A stretch of 64,000 nt of DNA from an uncultured Faecalibacterium sp. (GTDB lineage Bacteria > Bacillota > Clostridia > Christensenellales > CAG-917): NCBI GenBank assembly GCA_964495385.1, contig CAZBVO010000006.1, positions 8,257 through 72,256 of the forward strand. The letters run 5' to 3'. Position 1 is the stretch's first letter. Every line of letters starts with the position of its first letter. The position numbers and the translations under genes are program-made. Below are positions 27,131-36,261 of the stretch, one piece after another. Below the pieces are notes generated by a model. The model had not been told where the DNA came from. It did not search any database and worked only from the letters and a program-made list of their open reading frames with translations.

Positions 27131-28005
27131 TGTTCGGTTACGTTGTACCCGACAAGCCGAACATGCTTGTCAAAGACCTTACCGAATATAGAGCATACTA
27201 CTGCGGACTGTGCAAAGCAATTGGCCGCAATTACTCGGAAAAGGCAAGGTTCTTAACAAATTACGATTGCACGTTTTTGGCGGCGTTTTTGCACAATATC
27301 AAGGATAAACAGCCAAATTTCAACAATGAAGCCTGTGTTTTGAGCCCTGTAAAGAAAAAATCCGTATGCGTCGGCGACGAGCTTTTTGACGAAGTTGCCG
27401 CAGTGGCGGTGCTTTTGGGGTGGTACAAAATTGTTGACGACGTCATTGACGAAGGCGGCCTGAAAAATCGGATTTTGAAGGCCGGGCTGAAAAAAGATTA
27501 TAAAAAAGCGGCCAAAAAATGCCCTGAGGCGGACGGGATAATAAAGTGCGGCTACGAACGTCTTCGCACCGTCGAGAAGGGCGATTTTAAGAGTATCGAC
27601 GCAACCGCCGATGCTTTTGCGACGCTTTTGGCCGAGCTTATCGAAAATCTTTCGGGCGACGCTTTTGTGCCGCCTGTAAAAAGGTTCGGATACGCTTTGG
27701 GAAAATGGATTTATCTTATGGATGCCGTCGACGACGTTTATGACGACAAAAAGAAAAAGCGTTTCAATCCGTTTATTGCCGCTTACGGCGACGGTTTCGA
27801 ATCAAAAACAGAGTTTTTGCAAAAGTTTAATGAAGATTTAAGTTTGTTGCTGTATAACTCATATAATCAAATGGTTGCCGCTTACGACGGAATGGACGTC
27901 AAGGTGGCGGAAGGCGTGCTTTCGAACGTCGTGTATATGGGGATTCGGGAGCAAACCGAAAAAATGCTCAAAGGAGAGGACAAATGCAACAAGATCCGTT
28001 TGTAG
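27130..28005 (+). CDS. DUF5685-family protein
   Basis: 291 aa, MFGYVVPDKPNMLVKDLTEYRAYYCGLCKAIGRNY...NYDCTFLAAFLH, which matches my memory of the DUF5685 N-terminal signature. TAATG overlap with trpS. Confidence 0.75.
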   Translation: MFGYVVPDKPNMLVKDLTEYRAYYCGLCKAIGRNYSEKARFLTNYDCTFLAAFLHNIKDKQPNFNNEACVLSPVKKKSVCVGDELFDEVAAVAVLLGWYKIVDDVIDEGGLKNRILKAGLKKDYKKAAKKCPEADGIIKCGYERLRTVEKGDFKSIDATADAFATLLAELIENLSGDAFVPPVKRFGYALGKWIYLMDAVDDVYDDKKKKRFNPFIAAYGDGFESKTEFLQKFNEDLSLLLYNSYNQMVAAYDGMDVKVAEGVLSNVVYMGIREQTEKMLKGEDKCNKIRL

Positions 28006-28610
28006 TGCTCGGTGTAAACAGAGAGGCTACACAGGCCGAAATAGACGAAAAATACCGCGAACTTCGCAGCAAATACGAAGACGCGCGTTTTTTGGAGGGC
28101 GAAGCCGGTGCGGAAGCGGCCAGAATGCTGGAATTGCTGGATGACGCTTACACCGATGCCATTCGCATAAAATCCGAAGCCGCTACGATAGGAGGCGGAT
28201 ACGAGCGTCAAACTTCGGGTGCCGCGGATTTTTCGACCGTTAAGCAGGCAATAAAGGACAAGAACTACGTTCTTGCGCAAAGCCTTTTGGACGAAATGCA
28301 GGAGCGTTCGGCCGAATGGCATTATATGCAAGCCAAAATATATTACGACAAACAGTGGGTTTTGGATGCCAAAAAACAGCTTGAATTGGCAATCGAGGCC
28401 GATCCGACCAACGCAAAATACACTCAGACTCTCGAAAGGTTGAAAAAAGAAAGCAACCGGGGGTTCGTGTTTCCTTCGACGGACGGCAAGCACGGCGGAC
28501 GTACCTATTCGCCTAATTCCAATCCGAGTTGCGGAAGCATTTGCTCGACGCTTATTTGCGCCGACTGTTGTTGTGAGTGCATGGGAGGAGATTTGATCCC
28601 TTGCTGCTGA
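27984..28610 (+). CDS. J-like domain protein lacking HPD, with TPR-like middle and Cys-rich C-terminal tail
   Basis: 208 aa. DPFVVLGVNREATQAEIDEKYRELRSKYEDARF resembles J-domain helices I-II but reads EDA where HPD is expected. C-terminus CGSICSTLICADCCCECMGGDLIPCC. 22-nt overlap with the DUF5685 gene. Confidence 0.75.
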   Translation: MQQDPFVVLGVNREATQAEIDEKYRELRSKYEDARFLEGEAGAEAARMLELLDDAYTDAIRIKSEAATIGGGYERQTSGAADFSTVKQAIKDKNYVLAQSLLDEMQERSAEWHYMQAKIYYDKQWVLDAKKQLELAIEADPTNAKYTQTLERLKKESNRGFVFPSTDGKHGGRTYSPNSNPSCGSICSTLICADCCCECMGGDLIPCC

Positions 28611-28611
28611 G

Positions 28612-29157
28612 ATGAAAGGTAAAGTTTCTTCAAAAGATATCGCAGTAGCCGGTTTAAGTGCGGCCCTGTCGCTGGTTTTTGCCGCATGCAGCGTGTTCGT
28701 TGACGTGTTGACGTTGACGTTTGCGGTATGTTCGGCGGCGGCATTGATGTTGCCGCTGACGAGGGGCAGATACGTTGCCGGTTTGTTGGGCTACGTCGGG
28801 GCATCGTGCGTGCTTATGTTGTTGGCTTCGCCGGTGTTGAGTTTGCCGTATATCGTCGTGTTTGGCGGATACACGCTGTTTACCTGCATAGCGGAAGACA
28901 AGGGGTGGCAAAAACTGCCTGTTTGGATAATAAAAGTCGTGTGGATAAACGCCGCACTTGCGCTGTTTTACTTTGGGACAAAAACCCTTGTGGTAAACTT
29001 TGAGAAGCTCGGTTTCGAGCTGAAATACGGCTATTTGGCCGTGCTGGCAACGGCAATAGGGTTGATTTACGACGTTGCGCTTTTGTACGTTTACAAGTGC
29101 GTGAAGGCGTGGTCGGCAAAATATTTGCACACCGTTTCAAAAGATCAGGACGACTGA
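28612..29157 (+). CDS. hypothetical polytopic membrane protein
   Basis: 181 aa, about 5 hydrophobic helices. ATG lies 1 nt after the upstream stop. Confidence 0.65.
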   Translation: MKGKVSSKDIAVAGLSAALSLVFAACSVFVDVLTLTFAVCSAAALMLPLTRGRYVAGLLGYVGASCVLMLLASPVLSLPYIVVFGGYTLFTCIAEDKGWQKLPVWIIKVVWINAALALFYFGTKTLVVNFEKLGFELKYGYLAVLATAIGLIYDVALLYVYKCVKAWSAKYLHTVSKDQDD

Positions 29158-29330
29158 GTCAGTGGGTTGCAACATCCGCCGAAAAATCCGTTCAAAAGGC
29201 CGCTTTCCGACAAAAGCACCGCGCCGATGGTGGCAATAAGGACGGCAAGTTCGGTGCCCATAATTCCGCCGCCGCCCGAAAAGAGCAGCACTATGATAAA
29301 GATATAAATCATCCAATTGTTGTCAAACAT
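29145..29330 (-). CDS. small hydrophobic Gly/Cys-rich peptide (61 aa)
   Basis: MFDNNWMIYIFIIVLLFSGGGGIMGTELAVLIATIGAVLLSESGLLNGFFGGCCNPLTQSS. Internal ATG 29330 is preceded by GAGGTGAAAAT. Two hydrophobic segments. Divergent from the ArsR-family gene. Confidence 0.5.
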   Translation of the reverse strand: MFDNNWMIYIFIIVLLFSGGGGIMGTELAVLIATIGAVLLSESGLLNGFFGGCCNPLTQSS

Positions 29331-29468
29331 ATTTTCACCTCGAGTCATTTTATGAGGCTCGGACGGAAGATGTGCAACAATAAGCGACAAAATAGGAGGC
29401 GAACCGAAAAGGTTTGCTTTTTTTTGTGCTTTCTTATATGCGAGAATGACAACGGGAGGATTTATACA

Positions 29469-29801
29469 ATGAATTTATTGTTGGACACAGACACAACTCA
29501 AAAGGTGCGCAAGTATATGCCGCAAAAGGAAGTTCTTGCCCAGCTGGCCGATTTTTTCAGCGTTTTTTCGGACAGCACGAGGATGAAAATCATATCCGCA
29601 CTTACAATAACCGAGATGTGCGTAACGGACATTTCCGAAATTTTGAACATCAATCAAACCACCGTTTCTCATCAACTCAAAATAATGAGGCAGGCAGGAA
29701 TAGTGGGGTTTAGGCGTGACGGGAAAATTTTGTATTATTTCATAACAAGTCCCATCGTCGAAAACGTTATGCTCAACGGAGTGGTTTATCTCGGGTATTG
29801 A
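29469..29801 (+). CDS. ArsR/SmtB-family transcriptional regulator
   Basis: 110 aa, LADFFSVFSDSTRMKIISALTITEMCVTDISEILNINQTTVSHQLKIMRQAGIV, a winged HTH of the ArsR family. GGGAGGA RBS before ATG 29469. Confidence 0.88.
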   Translation: MNLLLDTDTTQKVRKYMPQKEVLAQLADFFSVFSDSTRMKIISALTITEMCVTDISEILNINQTTVSHQLKIMRQAGIVGFRRDGKILYYFITSPIVENVMLNGVVYLGY

Positions 29802-29889
29802 TTTTTGAAAAATGTTTTCAAATCTCTTTAAAAGTCGGCCAAACCGTGGTATAATAAAAGAAAATATTTACACCGGCGTCAGGTACGAT

Positions 29890-31782
29890 ATGGATATCAA
29901 GCAAAAACTTGCCGAACTGCCTGCCAAAAGCGGCGTTTACCTTATGATGAACTCCGAGGGCACGGTTATCTACGTAGGCAAGGCAAAAATTTTAAAAAAC
30001 AGAGTTAAGCAATATTTTCAGGCAGGCACCAAAACGGAAAAAACGCTTGCCTTGGTTCGAAATATTGCCGATTTCAGATACATAATCACGCAAAACGAGG
30101 TGGACGCACTCGTTTTGGAAAACAACTTAATCAAAAAATACAATCCGAAATACAATATATTGCTTAAAGATGACAAAAACTATCCGTTTATACGCATCGA
30201 TTTGAAAAGCAAATATCCTACCGTCGAGGTTGTCAGAAAGCTTAAAAACGACGGGGCAAAATATTTCGGCCCGTACATGGTGGGCATAAACGTAAAGGAC
30301 ATAAACGAGCTTATTTTCAGCGCATTTCCTTTGCGAAGTTGCAACCTGAATTTTGACAAAATACCGTCAAATCACCGTCCGTGCCTAAACAGCCACATAG
30401 GTCGCTGCCTTGCGCCGTGCGACGGGAGAGTGTCCGAGGAGGAGTACTCGCGCACGGTTGCCGAAGTGATTTCGTTTTTGAAAGGCAACGATTCCACGGT
30501 AAAAAACGTGTTGGAAATGAAGATGAAATCGGCGGCGGACAAGGGCGATTTCGAAAACGCGATTTTTTATCGCGACAAATTGAAAGTGCTGGACAAATTG
30601 GTTCGGAGGCAGATAAGCGCGCTTCCGAAAGACTTCAATTTGGACGTTTTTTCGGTTATCGACAACGGGATTTATGCGGCCGTGTCGATGCTTGTGGTAA
30701 GGGGTGGAAAGCTTTTGGGAGGCGACAATTTTCCGCTTACGTCTGCCGCAAGGCCGCTTTCCGAGACGGATGCGGCAGGCTTGTCCGAGCAGGCCATAGG
30801 CACGTTGCTGAGCCACGACGAAGCTGCCGAAATGCTTGAAAATTTTGTTTATCAATACTATTCGCAAAACCCTGTGTTTCCTGACGAAATTGTCCTAAAC
30901 GTTGCTTTATCCGACGTTTCGGGCTTAGAAAAGGTGTTTTCTGATGAAAGCGGCAGGCGCATAAACATAGTCAAACCTATAGGCGGCATCCGCAAACAGC
31001 TTACCGATATGGCCGAAAACAATGCGGTGGACTACTTGTCGAATTTTGTCACAAAACTTGCTCGCAAAGACAGTATGACGCGCGGTGCGGTTGTCAAACT
31101 TGCCGAAGAACTCGGGCTTAAAACTTTGCCTCGACGCATAGAGTGTTACGACATTTCTCACGTTTCCGGAACCAACATGGTTGCAAGTATGGTCGTGTTC
31201 GAGGATGGCGAACCCGCCAAAAAGATGTACCGCAGTTACAAGATAAAAACCGTACCGGGCAACAACGACTTTGCATCCATGCGAGAGGTTTTGACTCGCC
31301 GACTTTCTCGCTTGGCAAATAGCGACGAAGATCCGAGTTTCGGCGCAAGGCCCGACCTTATAATCGTGGACGGAGGAAAAGGGCAGCTGTCGTATGCTTT
31401 AGAGGCGTTGGAGGCTACCGGCATGGACGACCTTACAATTGTAAGCTTGGCAAAACGGGAGGAAGAAGTTTTTGTGCCGCACCGCTCCGAGCCTATCGTG
31501 ATAGACCGAAACAGCGTTGCCCTGAAACTTATTCAAAGGGTGCGTGACGAGGCTCACCGAAGCGCAATCACTCATCACCGCAACCTCCGTACCGCCGCAC
31601 AGACGAAGTCGCAACTAAAGGACGTTGAGGGCATAGGCGACAAAAAAATCGCCGCACTGTATGCAAAATTCAAAAACATCAAGGCAATCAAGTCGGCCTC
31701 AGAGGAAGAACTTGCTTCGGTCAAAGGCGTTTCCAAAGCCGATGCCGCAAGAATTAAGCAATACTTTTCGGACGAAACCTAA
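29890..31782 (+). CDS. uvrC: excinuclease ABC subunit C
   Basis: GIY-YIG N-terminus (SGVYLMMNSEGTVIYVGKAKILKNRVKQYF), a UVR domain, and a C-terminal endonuclease plus HhH (KDVEGIGDKKIAALY). ATG 29890. Confidence 0.93.
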   Translation: MDIKQKLAELPAKSGVYLMMNSEGTVIYVGKAKILKNRVKQYFQAGTKTEKTLALVRNIADFRYIITQNEVDALVLENNLIKKYNPKYNILLKDDKNYPFIRIDLKSKYPTVEVVRKLKNDGAKYFGPYMVGINVKDINELIFSAFPLRSCNLNFDKIPSNHRPCLNSHIGRCLAPCDGRVSEEEYSRTVAEVISFLKGNDSTVKNVLEMKMKSAADKGDFENAIFYRDKLKVLDKLVRRQISALPKDFNLDVFSVIDNGIYAAVSMLVVRGGKLLGGDNFPLTSAARPLSETDAAGLSEQAIGTLLSHDEAAEMLENFVYQYYSQNPVFPDEIVLNVALSDVSGLEKVFSDESGRRINIVKPIGGIRKQLTDMAENNAVDYLSNFVTKLARKDSMTRGAVVKLAEELGLKTLPRRIECYDISHVSGTNMVASMVVFEDGEPAKKMYRSYKIKTVPGNNDFASMREVLTRRLSRLANSDEDPSFGARPDLIIVDGGKGQLSYALEALEATGMDDLTIVSLAKREEEVFVPHRSEPIVIDRNSVALKLIQRVRDEAHRSAITHHRNLRTAAQTKSQLKDVEGIGDKKIAALYAKFKNIKAIKSASEEELASVKGVSKADAARIKQYFSDET

Positions 31783-31867
31783 AAAACGGAATTTTAACCC
31801 CCAAAATGCTTTATATTTCGGGGGTTTTATTATATAATAAAAAATAGCAAAATTTTGAGAGGACAAA

Positions 31868-32689
31868 ATGAGATACGATTTGGTTGCAAGTGATTTCGAC
31901 GATACGCTTTATTCGATGAACGGAGGCGGCATCGACGCCTTTACCTTGAAAGTTATAAACGATTACAAAGCAAACGGCGGAAGGTTTGTCATCGTTACGG
32001 GGCGCATGTTTGCGGCAATCAAACCGCAGGCCGATGCGTTGGGGCTCAAAGGCCTTATTATAAGTTATCAAGGGGCAATGATAAGCGACATCGAAAGCGG
32101 CAAAACCTTAAAGTGTTTCGAGCTGGACAGAGACCTTGCTTTGGAATATATCCGCTTTCTCAAAAATTTCGACGTTGCGGCGGTTCAGTTGTATGCCGAC
32201 GATCAACTTACCGTGGCCGAGGACAACGAGTACATCAAAATGTATCGCACTTATTGCGGCGTCGACGTGCATATTGTGGGCGACCTCGAACAATTCATAA
32301 TGCGTCATCCCGAAAAAACATTGCACAAAGTTTACGTTGCCGCTCAGCCGGAAGTTGCCACTAAACTTCGCATTGCCGCCGAAAAACAGTTTGCCGGCAG
32401 ACTTAACGTTACCAGCAGTAAGGAATATAACATCGAAGTGGTCAATGCGGCGGCGTCAAAAGGCAACGCACTGAAATACCTTATGCAAAAATACGGCATC
32501 GAAAAAGACAAGGTTATGTGTTTCGGCGATCAGCTGAACGACTTGTCGTTGCTGTCGGAAGCAGGGATGGCGGTTGCCGTCGGAAACGCCAACGAAGAAC
32601 TTAAAAAAATCGCCGACTACGTTTCGGAGCCGTGCGAGGACGACGGCGTGGCAAAAACCATCGTCAAATTCTGTTTGGAGGGAAAATAA
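31868..32689 (+). CDS. Cof-type HAD-IIB phosphatase
   Basis: 273 aa. DLVASDFDDTL motif I, VTGRMF, and the GDQLNDLSLL motif. Confidence 0.85.
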   Translation: MRYDLVASDFDDTLYSMNGGGIDAFTLKVINDYKANGGRFVIVTGRMFAAIKPQADALGLKGLIISYQGAMISDIESGKTLKCFELDRDLALEYIRFLKNFDVAAVQLYADDQLTVAEDNEYIKMYRTYCGVDVHIVGDLEQFIMRHPEKTLHKVYVAAQPEVATKLRIAAEKQFAGRLNVTSSKEYNIEVVNAAASKGNALKYLMQKYGIEKDKVMCFGDQLNDLSLLSEAGMAVAVGNANEELKKIADYVSEPCEDDGVAKTIVKFCLEGK

Positions 32690-33628
32690 ATGGAAATCAA
32701 CACCGGTCGGGAATATATCGACGGCAAAGAAGTTGCAATCGAGGATTTTGCGCGTGACTGCGGCCTCGAAATTTTGTGGAGCGACAAAGGTTGCAAAATA
32801 CCTCTTTCCACGGTAAGCGTAAACCGTCCGGGTTTGGTGCTTTCGGGATTTAACGACTACTTTGCGGCAAAGCGCATTCAGGTTATGGGCAATGCCGAAA
32901 TGTATTTTCTTTACAAAATGGGTACGGAAGAATGCGATAAGGCGTTGCATGCGCTGTTCGGGCATAAAATTCCGTGCTTGATAATCAGCCGTCGCTTGCA
33001 TCCTACGGACCACATGTTGGATATTGCAAAGCAATATGCCTGCCCGATTTTGAGCAGCGACAAAATCACCTCAAACGTTGTCAACGACCTCGTCAACTAC
33101 TTAAACGACCAGCTCGCTCCCGAAACCACCGTTCACGGCGAACTGTTGGACGTTGACGGCATCGGCGTGTTGATAACGGGAAACAGCGGCATCGGAAAAA
33201 GCGAAGTTGCGTTGGAATTGGTGCATCGCGGCCACATGCTCGTTGCAGACGACAACGTTGTGGTCAAAAGAGTAAAGGACAAAGTGCTTGGTAGGCCGTC
33301 GGAGGCGATACGCGACTTTTTGGAAGTAAGGGGCGTGGGCATAATCAACGTAAAAAATATGTACGGCGTTGCAGGCGTGTTGCCGGAAAGCAAAATCGAC
33401 GTGTGCATCCACTTGGATAAGTGGGACGAAACCAAGTCGTACGACCGCTTCGGCGACGAACAACTTACCACGTCGTTGCTGGGGGTTGACGTGCCGAAAA
33501 CCGTCATTCCGGTTATGCCGGGCAGAAACATCGCCATCGTTGTGGAAGTCGTAGCAAAAAATTTGCGACTTAAACACATGGGCTACGATGCACTCGAGGA
33601 AATCAAAAATCGCAACAACATAGGCTAA
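32690..33628 (+). CDS. hprK: HPr kinase/phosphorylase
   Basis: 312 aa. GVLITGNSGIGKSEVALELVHRGHMLVADD (P-loop) and LEVRGVGIINV. Confidence 0.93.
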   Translation: MEINTGREYIDGKEVAIEDFARDCGLEILWSDKGCKIPLSTVSVNRPGLVLSGFNDYFAAKRIQVMGNAEMYFLYKMGTEECDKALHALFGHKIPCLIISRRLHPTDHMLDIAKQYACPILSSDKITSNVVNDLVNYLNDQLAPETTVHGELLDVDGIGVLITGNSGIGKSEVALELVHRGHMLVADDNVVVKRVKDKVLGRPSEAIRDFLEVRGVGIINVKNMYGVAGVLPESKIDVCIHLDKWDETKSYDRFGDEQLTTSLLGVDVPKTVIPVMPGRNIAIVVEVVAKNLRLKHMGYDALEEIKNRNNIG

Positions 33629-33655
33629 ACGGCACACGGGTTCATATAATAAAGT

Positions 33656-34504
33656 ATGAATCCGCTTCTCAACGACTTCAGCTTAAAATCGGCTTCGGCC
33701 CTGACCACCTTAAAAACGGGCGGTTCGGTGTGGACGCTGTGCCCGACAAGCGTGCGGCAGTTGGCCCGATATACGGCCGAACTTTTAAAGCAAGGCGTAA
33801 AATACATGCCGTTCGGGCAGGGCAGCAATTTGGTTGTTTCGGACAAACCGACAACGGTTGCCGTTTTGATGAAAAATTTTGACTTGGTCGAAGTCAGAGG
33901 GCGAAGGGTTTACGTCGGTGCCGGCGCAAAACTGTCGAAAGCGGCCGCTGAAATTGCCGCAAACGGCTTGTCCGGGGTGGAATTTTGGGCGGGCATTCCT
34001 GCATCTTTTGGCGGTGCCGTCAAGATGAACGCAGGTGCGTTTGGCGGCGAAACAATGGATAAAGTGCGCTATTTGGACGTTTTAAGTTGCGGTTCGGTAA
34101 AAAGAATATATTCTCAATCGATAAAAAGGGGATACAGGCACACCGATTTGGACGGAATAGTGTTGGGCGGCGAGCTTTTGTTGGACAAAAGCACTCCGTC
34201 GGCCGTGGCGGACAAAATGGCCGAAAACCTTCTTTATCGCAGGAAAACTCAGCCGACGGGTTTAAGTGCCGGAAGCGTTTTTAAAAAAGTAAACGGCATA
34301 AGTGCAGGCAAATTTATTGAACTTGCAGGCCTTAAAGGACTGAGAGAAGGGGGCATGGTCGTAAGTGAAAAACACGCAAATTTTTTCATAAACGATCAAG
34401 GAGCCTCGGCGGCAGATTTTTTGAAACTTGCCGATAAGGTGCAAAAAAAAGTGTACGCGACATTCGGCGTCATGCTGGAAAAGGAAGTGATTTTTGTTGA
34501 ATAG
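33656..34504 (+). CDS. murB: UDP-N-acetylenolpyruvoylglucosamine reductase
   Basis: 282 aa. FAD-binding region LKTGGSV...GQGSNLVVSD and GIPASFGGAVKMNAGAFG. Confidence 0.9.
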   Translation: MNPLLNDFSLKSASALTTLKTGGSVWTLCPTSVRQLARYTAELLKQGVKYMPFGQGSNLVVSDKPTTVAVLMKNFDLVEVRGRRVYVGAGAKLSKAAAEIAANGLSGVEFWAGIPASFGGAVKMNAGAFGGETMDKVRYLDVLSCGSVKRIYSQSIKRGYRHTDLDGIVLGGELLLDKSTPSAVADKMAENLLYRRKTQPTGLSAGSVFKKVNGISAGKFIELAGLKGLREGGMVVSEKHANFFINDQGASAADFLKLADKVQKKVYATFGVMLEKEVIFVE

Positions 34505-35273
34505 GTTTTTGGGCGATTATCATACGCATACCTCTGCTTCGGACGGCAAAAACAGTTTGTCCGATTTGGTCGAGTATGCAAAAGCCAACGGATTTTCGGA
34601 AATAGCCGTAACAGATCACGGCTATGCCAACGTTGCGTGCGCCCTAAACGACGAAAAACTGAAAGCTCAGCGTGCCGAGGCGGACAAGTTGTCGGCGGAA
34701 AATCCCGACTTAAAAATCTACGTGGGCGTCGAGGCGGACTTTGTTAGCTTTGACGGAACTTTGGATTTACCGAGCGACGACAGCGAAGGATTTGACGTAA
34801 TAATTGCAGGTTTCCATCGCTTCGTAAAACCCAAAAAAGCATCGGAATGGTTCCGATTGGAATTTTACAACGGTTTTTTGTCCGACGTTTTTGGGACAAG
34901 CAGGCGTTTGACGGCCAAAAACACCGATATGGTTGTTGCCGCTCTCGAACGCTACGACGTAGACGTATTCGCTCATCCCGGCCACTATTTGAAAATCGAT
35001 GCCGAACGAGTGGGGAATGCGTGCGCGCGCCGAGGCACTTACGTCGAACTTAATGCCAAGCATTTGGACAAGCTTGCACCTTACGTCGCCGATTTTTTGA
35101 AAACCGATTGCAAATTTATTGCTTGCAGCGACAATCACGACGTAACAAAATGCAAGGATATGCAACAAGTTCTTGCTTTTATTCAAACGCACGGCATACC
35201 TGCCGAACGAGTGGTAAATCTCGGCAAGGTGCCTACTTTCAAACGACACGGGGGACAGAATGGAAAAAGTTAA
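34494..35273 (+). CDS. PHP-domain metal-dependent phosphoesterase
   Basis: 259 aa. GDYHTHTSASDG...AVTDHG...GVEADF...AHPGH...CSDNHD, the PHP His/Asp metal ligand series. TTG start overlaps the murB end; the 3' end overlaps the whiA start. Confidence 0.8.
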   Translation: MLNRFLGDYHTHTSASDGKNSLSDLVEYAKANGFSEIAVTDHGYANVACALNDEKLKAQRAEADKLSAENPDLKIYVGVEADFVSFDGTLDLPSDDSEGFDVIIAGFHRFVKPKKASEWFRLEFYNGFLSDVFGTSRRLTAKNTDMVVAALERYDVDVFAHPGHYLKIDAERVGNACARRGTYVELNAKHLDKLAPYVADFLKTDCKFIACSDNHDVTKCKDMQQVLAFIQTHGIPAERVVNLGKVPTFKRHGGQNGKS

Positions 35274-36252
35274 ATTCACCGTTTGCGCCAAAAACGAAAT
35301 GTTACGAAATCAGCCTGCCGAAGCATGTTGCGCCAAGGCGTGGCTTGCGGCCGCAATCAAAGCGACGGGAAGCTTGCATCTTACCAAAGGCGGCAGGAAT
35401 CTTATTTTCGAAAGCGACGACTACGATTATATGGTCAGCGTGGTAAAAGCGCTGAAGCTTTTGTATTCCTTGCCTGTCGAACTTACCGCCGCACACGGCA
35501 AAAATGCCAAGAAAAACGGTGCGTTTTCCGTAAAATTGGGCAAAACACAATCGGAAACGCTGTTGGCGGATGCCGGCATTATGGCCACGGACGAAGAAGG
35601 GCTTCCGTATCTGGTAAGAGGGGTAAAGCCCGAAACGGTCAGACGGGAATGTTGCGCAAGGGCATTTTTGCGCTCGATGTTTTTGGCTACGGGAAGCGCA
35701 AACGTTCCGCCAAAGCTTATAGGCGAATCCGAGAGCGTGGAGTCCAGCGGCGGAGGCTACTATTTGGAATTTGTGCTGTCCGACGAGATACTTGCCGAAG
35801 TGGTTTCGGCACTTTTGAACGGCTTGGGCGTGCCTGCCAAAACAACCGAACGTAAGGAAAAATTTGTGGTTTATCAAAAGGACAGCGAAATCATTTCAAA
35901 CACTTTCGCACTTTTGGGAGCGCACGAGGCGGTTATGTATATGCAAGAAATAATGGTCGAGCGCACCTTGTCGGCCAACCTCAACCGCCAAAGTAATATA
36001 GCGGCGGCAAACGCCGACAAAACAATGATTGCCGCCACAAAACAAGTTTTAGCCATTCAAACAATCGAAAAAACCTGCGGTTTGGAGAAATTGCCTGCAC
36101 AGCTGAAAGATATTGCGGAGCTTAGGCTTGAAAATCCGACTGCCAACATGGACTTTTTTGCCGACAGATTGGGTATCACAAAAAGCGGCGTAAACCATCG
36201 ATTCAGAAAGCTTGTGGCCATGGCCGACGAGTTTGACAAAAGCAACGACTAA
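35260..36252 (+). CDS. whiA: DNA-binding sporulation/cell-division regulator WhiA
   Basis: 330 aa. N-terminal FTVCAKNEML...EACCAKAWLAAAIKATGSL, LAGLIDADG-like middle, and a C-terminal HTH (LGITKSGVNHRFRKL). Confidence 0.9.
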   Translation: MEKVKFTVCAKNEMLRNQPAEACCAKAWLAAAIKATGSLHLTKGGRNLIFESDDYDYMVSVVKALKLLYSLPVELTAAHGKNAKKNGAFSVKLGKTQSETLLADAGIMATDEEGLPYLVRGVKPETVRRECCARAFLRSMFLATGSANVPPKLIGESESVESSGGGYYLEFVLSDEILAEVVSALLNGLGVPAKTTERKEKFVVYQKDSEIISNTFALLGAHEAVMYMQEIMVERTLSANLNRQSNIAAANADKTMIAATKQVLAIQTIEKTCGLEKLPAQLKDIAELRLENPTANMDFFADRLGITKSGVNHRFRKLVAMADEFDKSND

Positions 36253-36261
36253 GAGGAACAA

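Noticed and set aside
29097-29801. A 234-aa ORF that would extend the ArsR-family gene 370 nt upstream.
   Set aside because: The extension runs antisense through the small-peptide gene and the intergenic region and has no homology character. ATG 29469 has a GGGAGGA RBS and gives a normal 110-aa ArsR protein.
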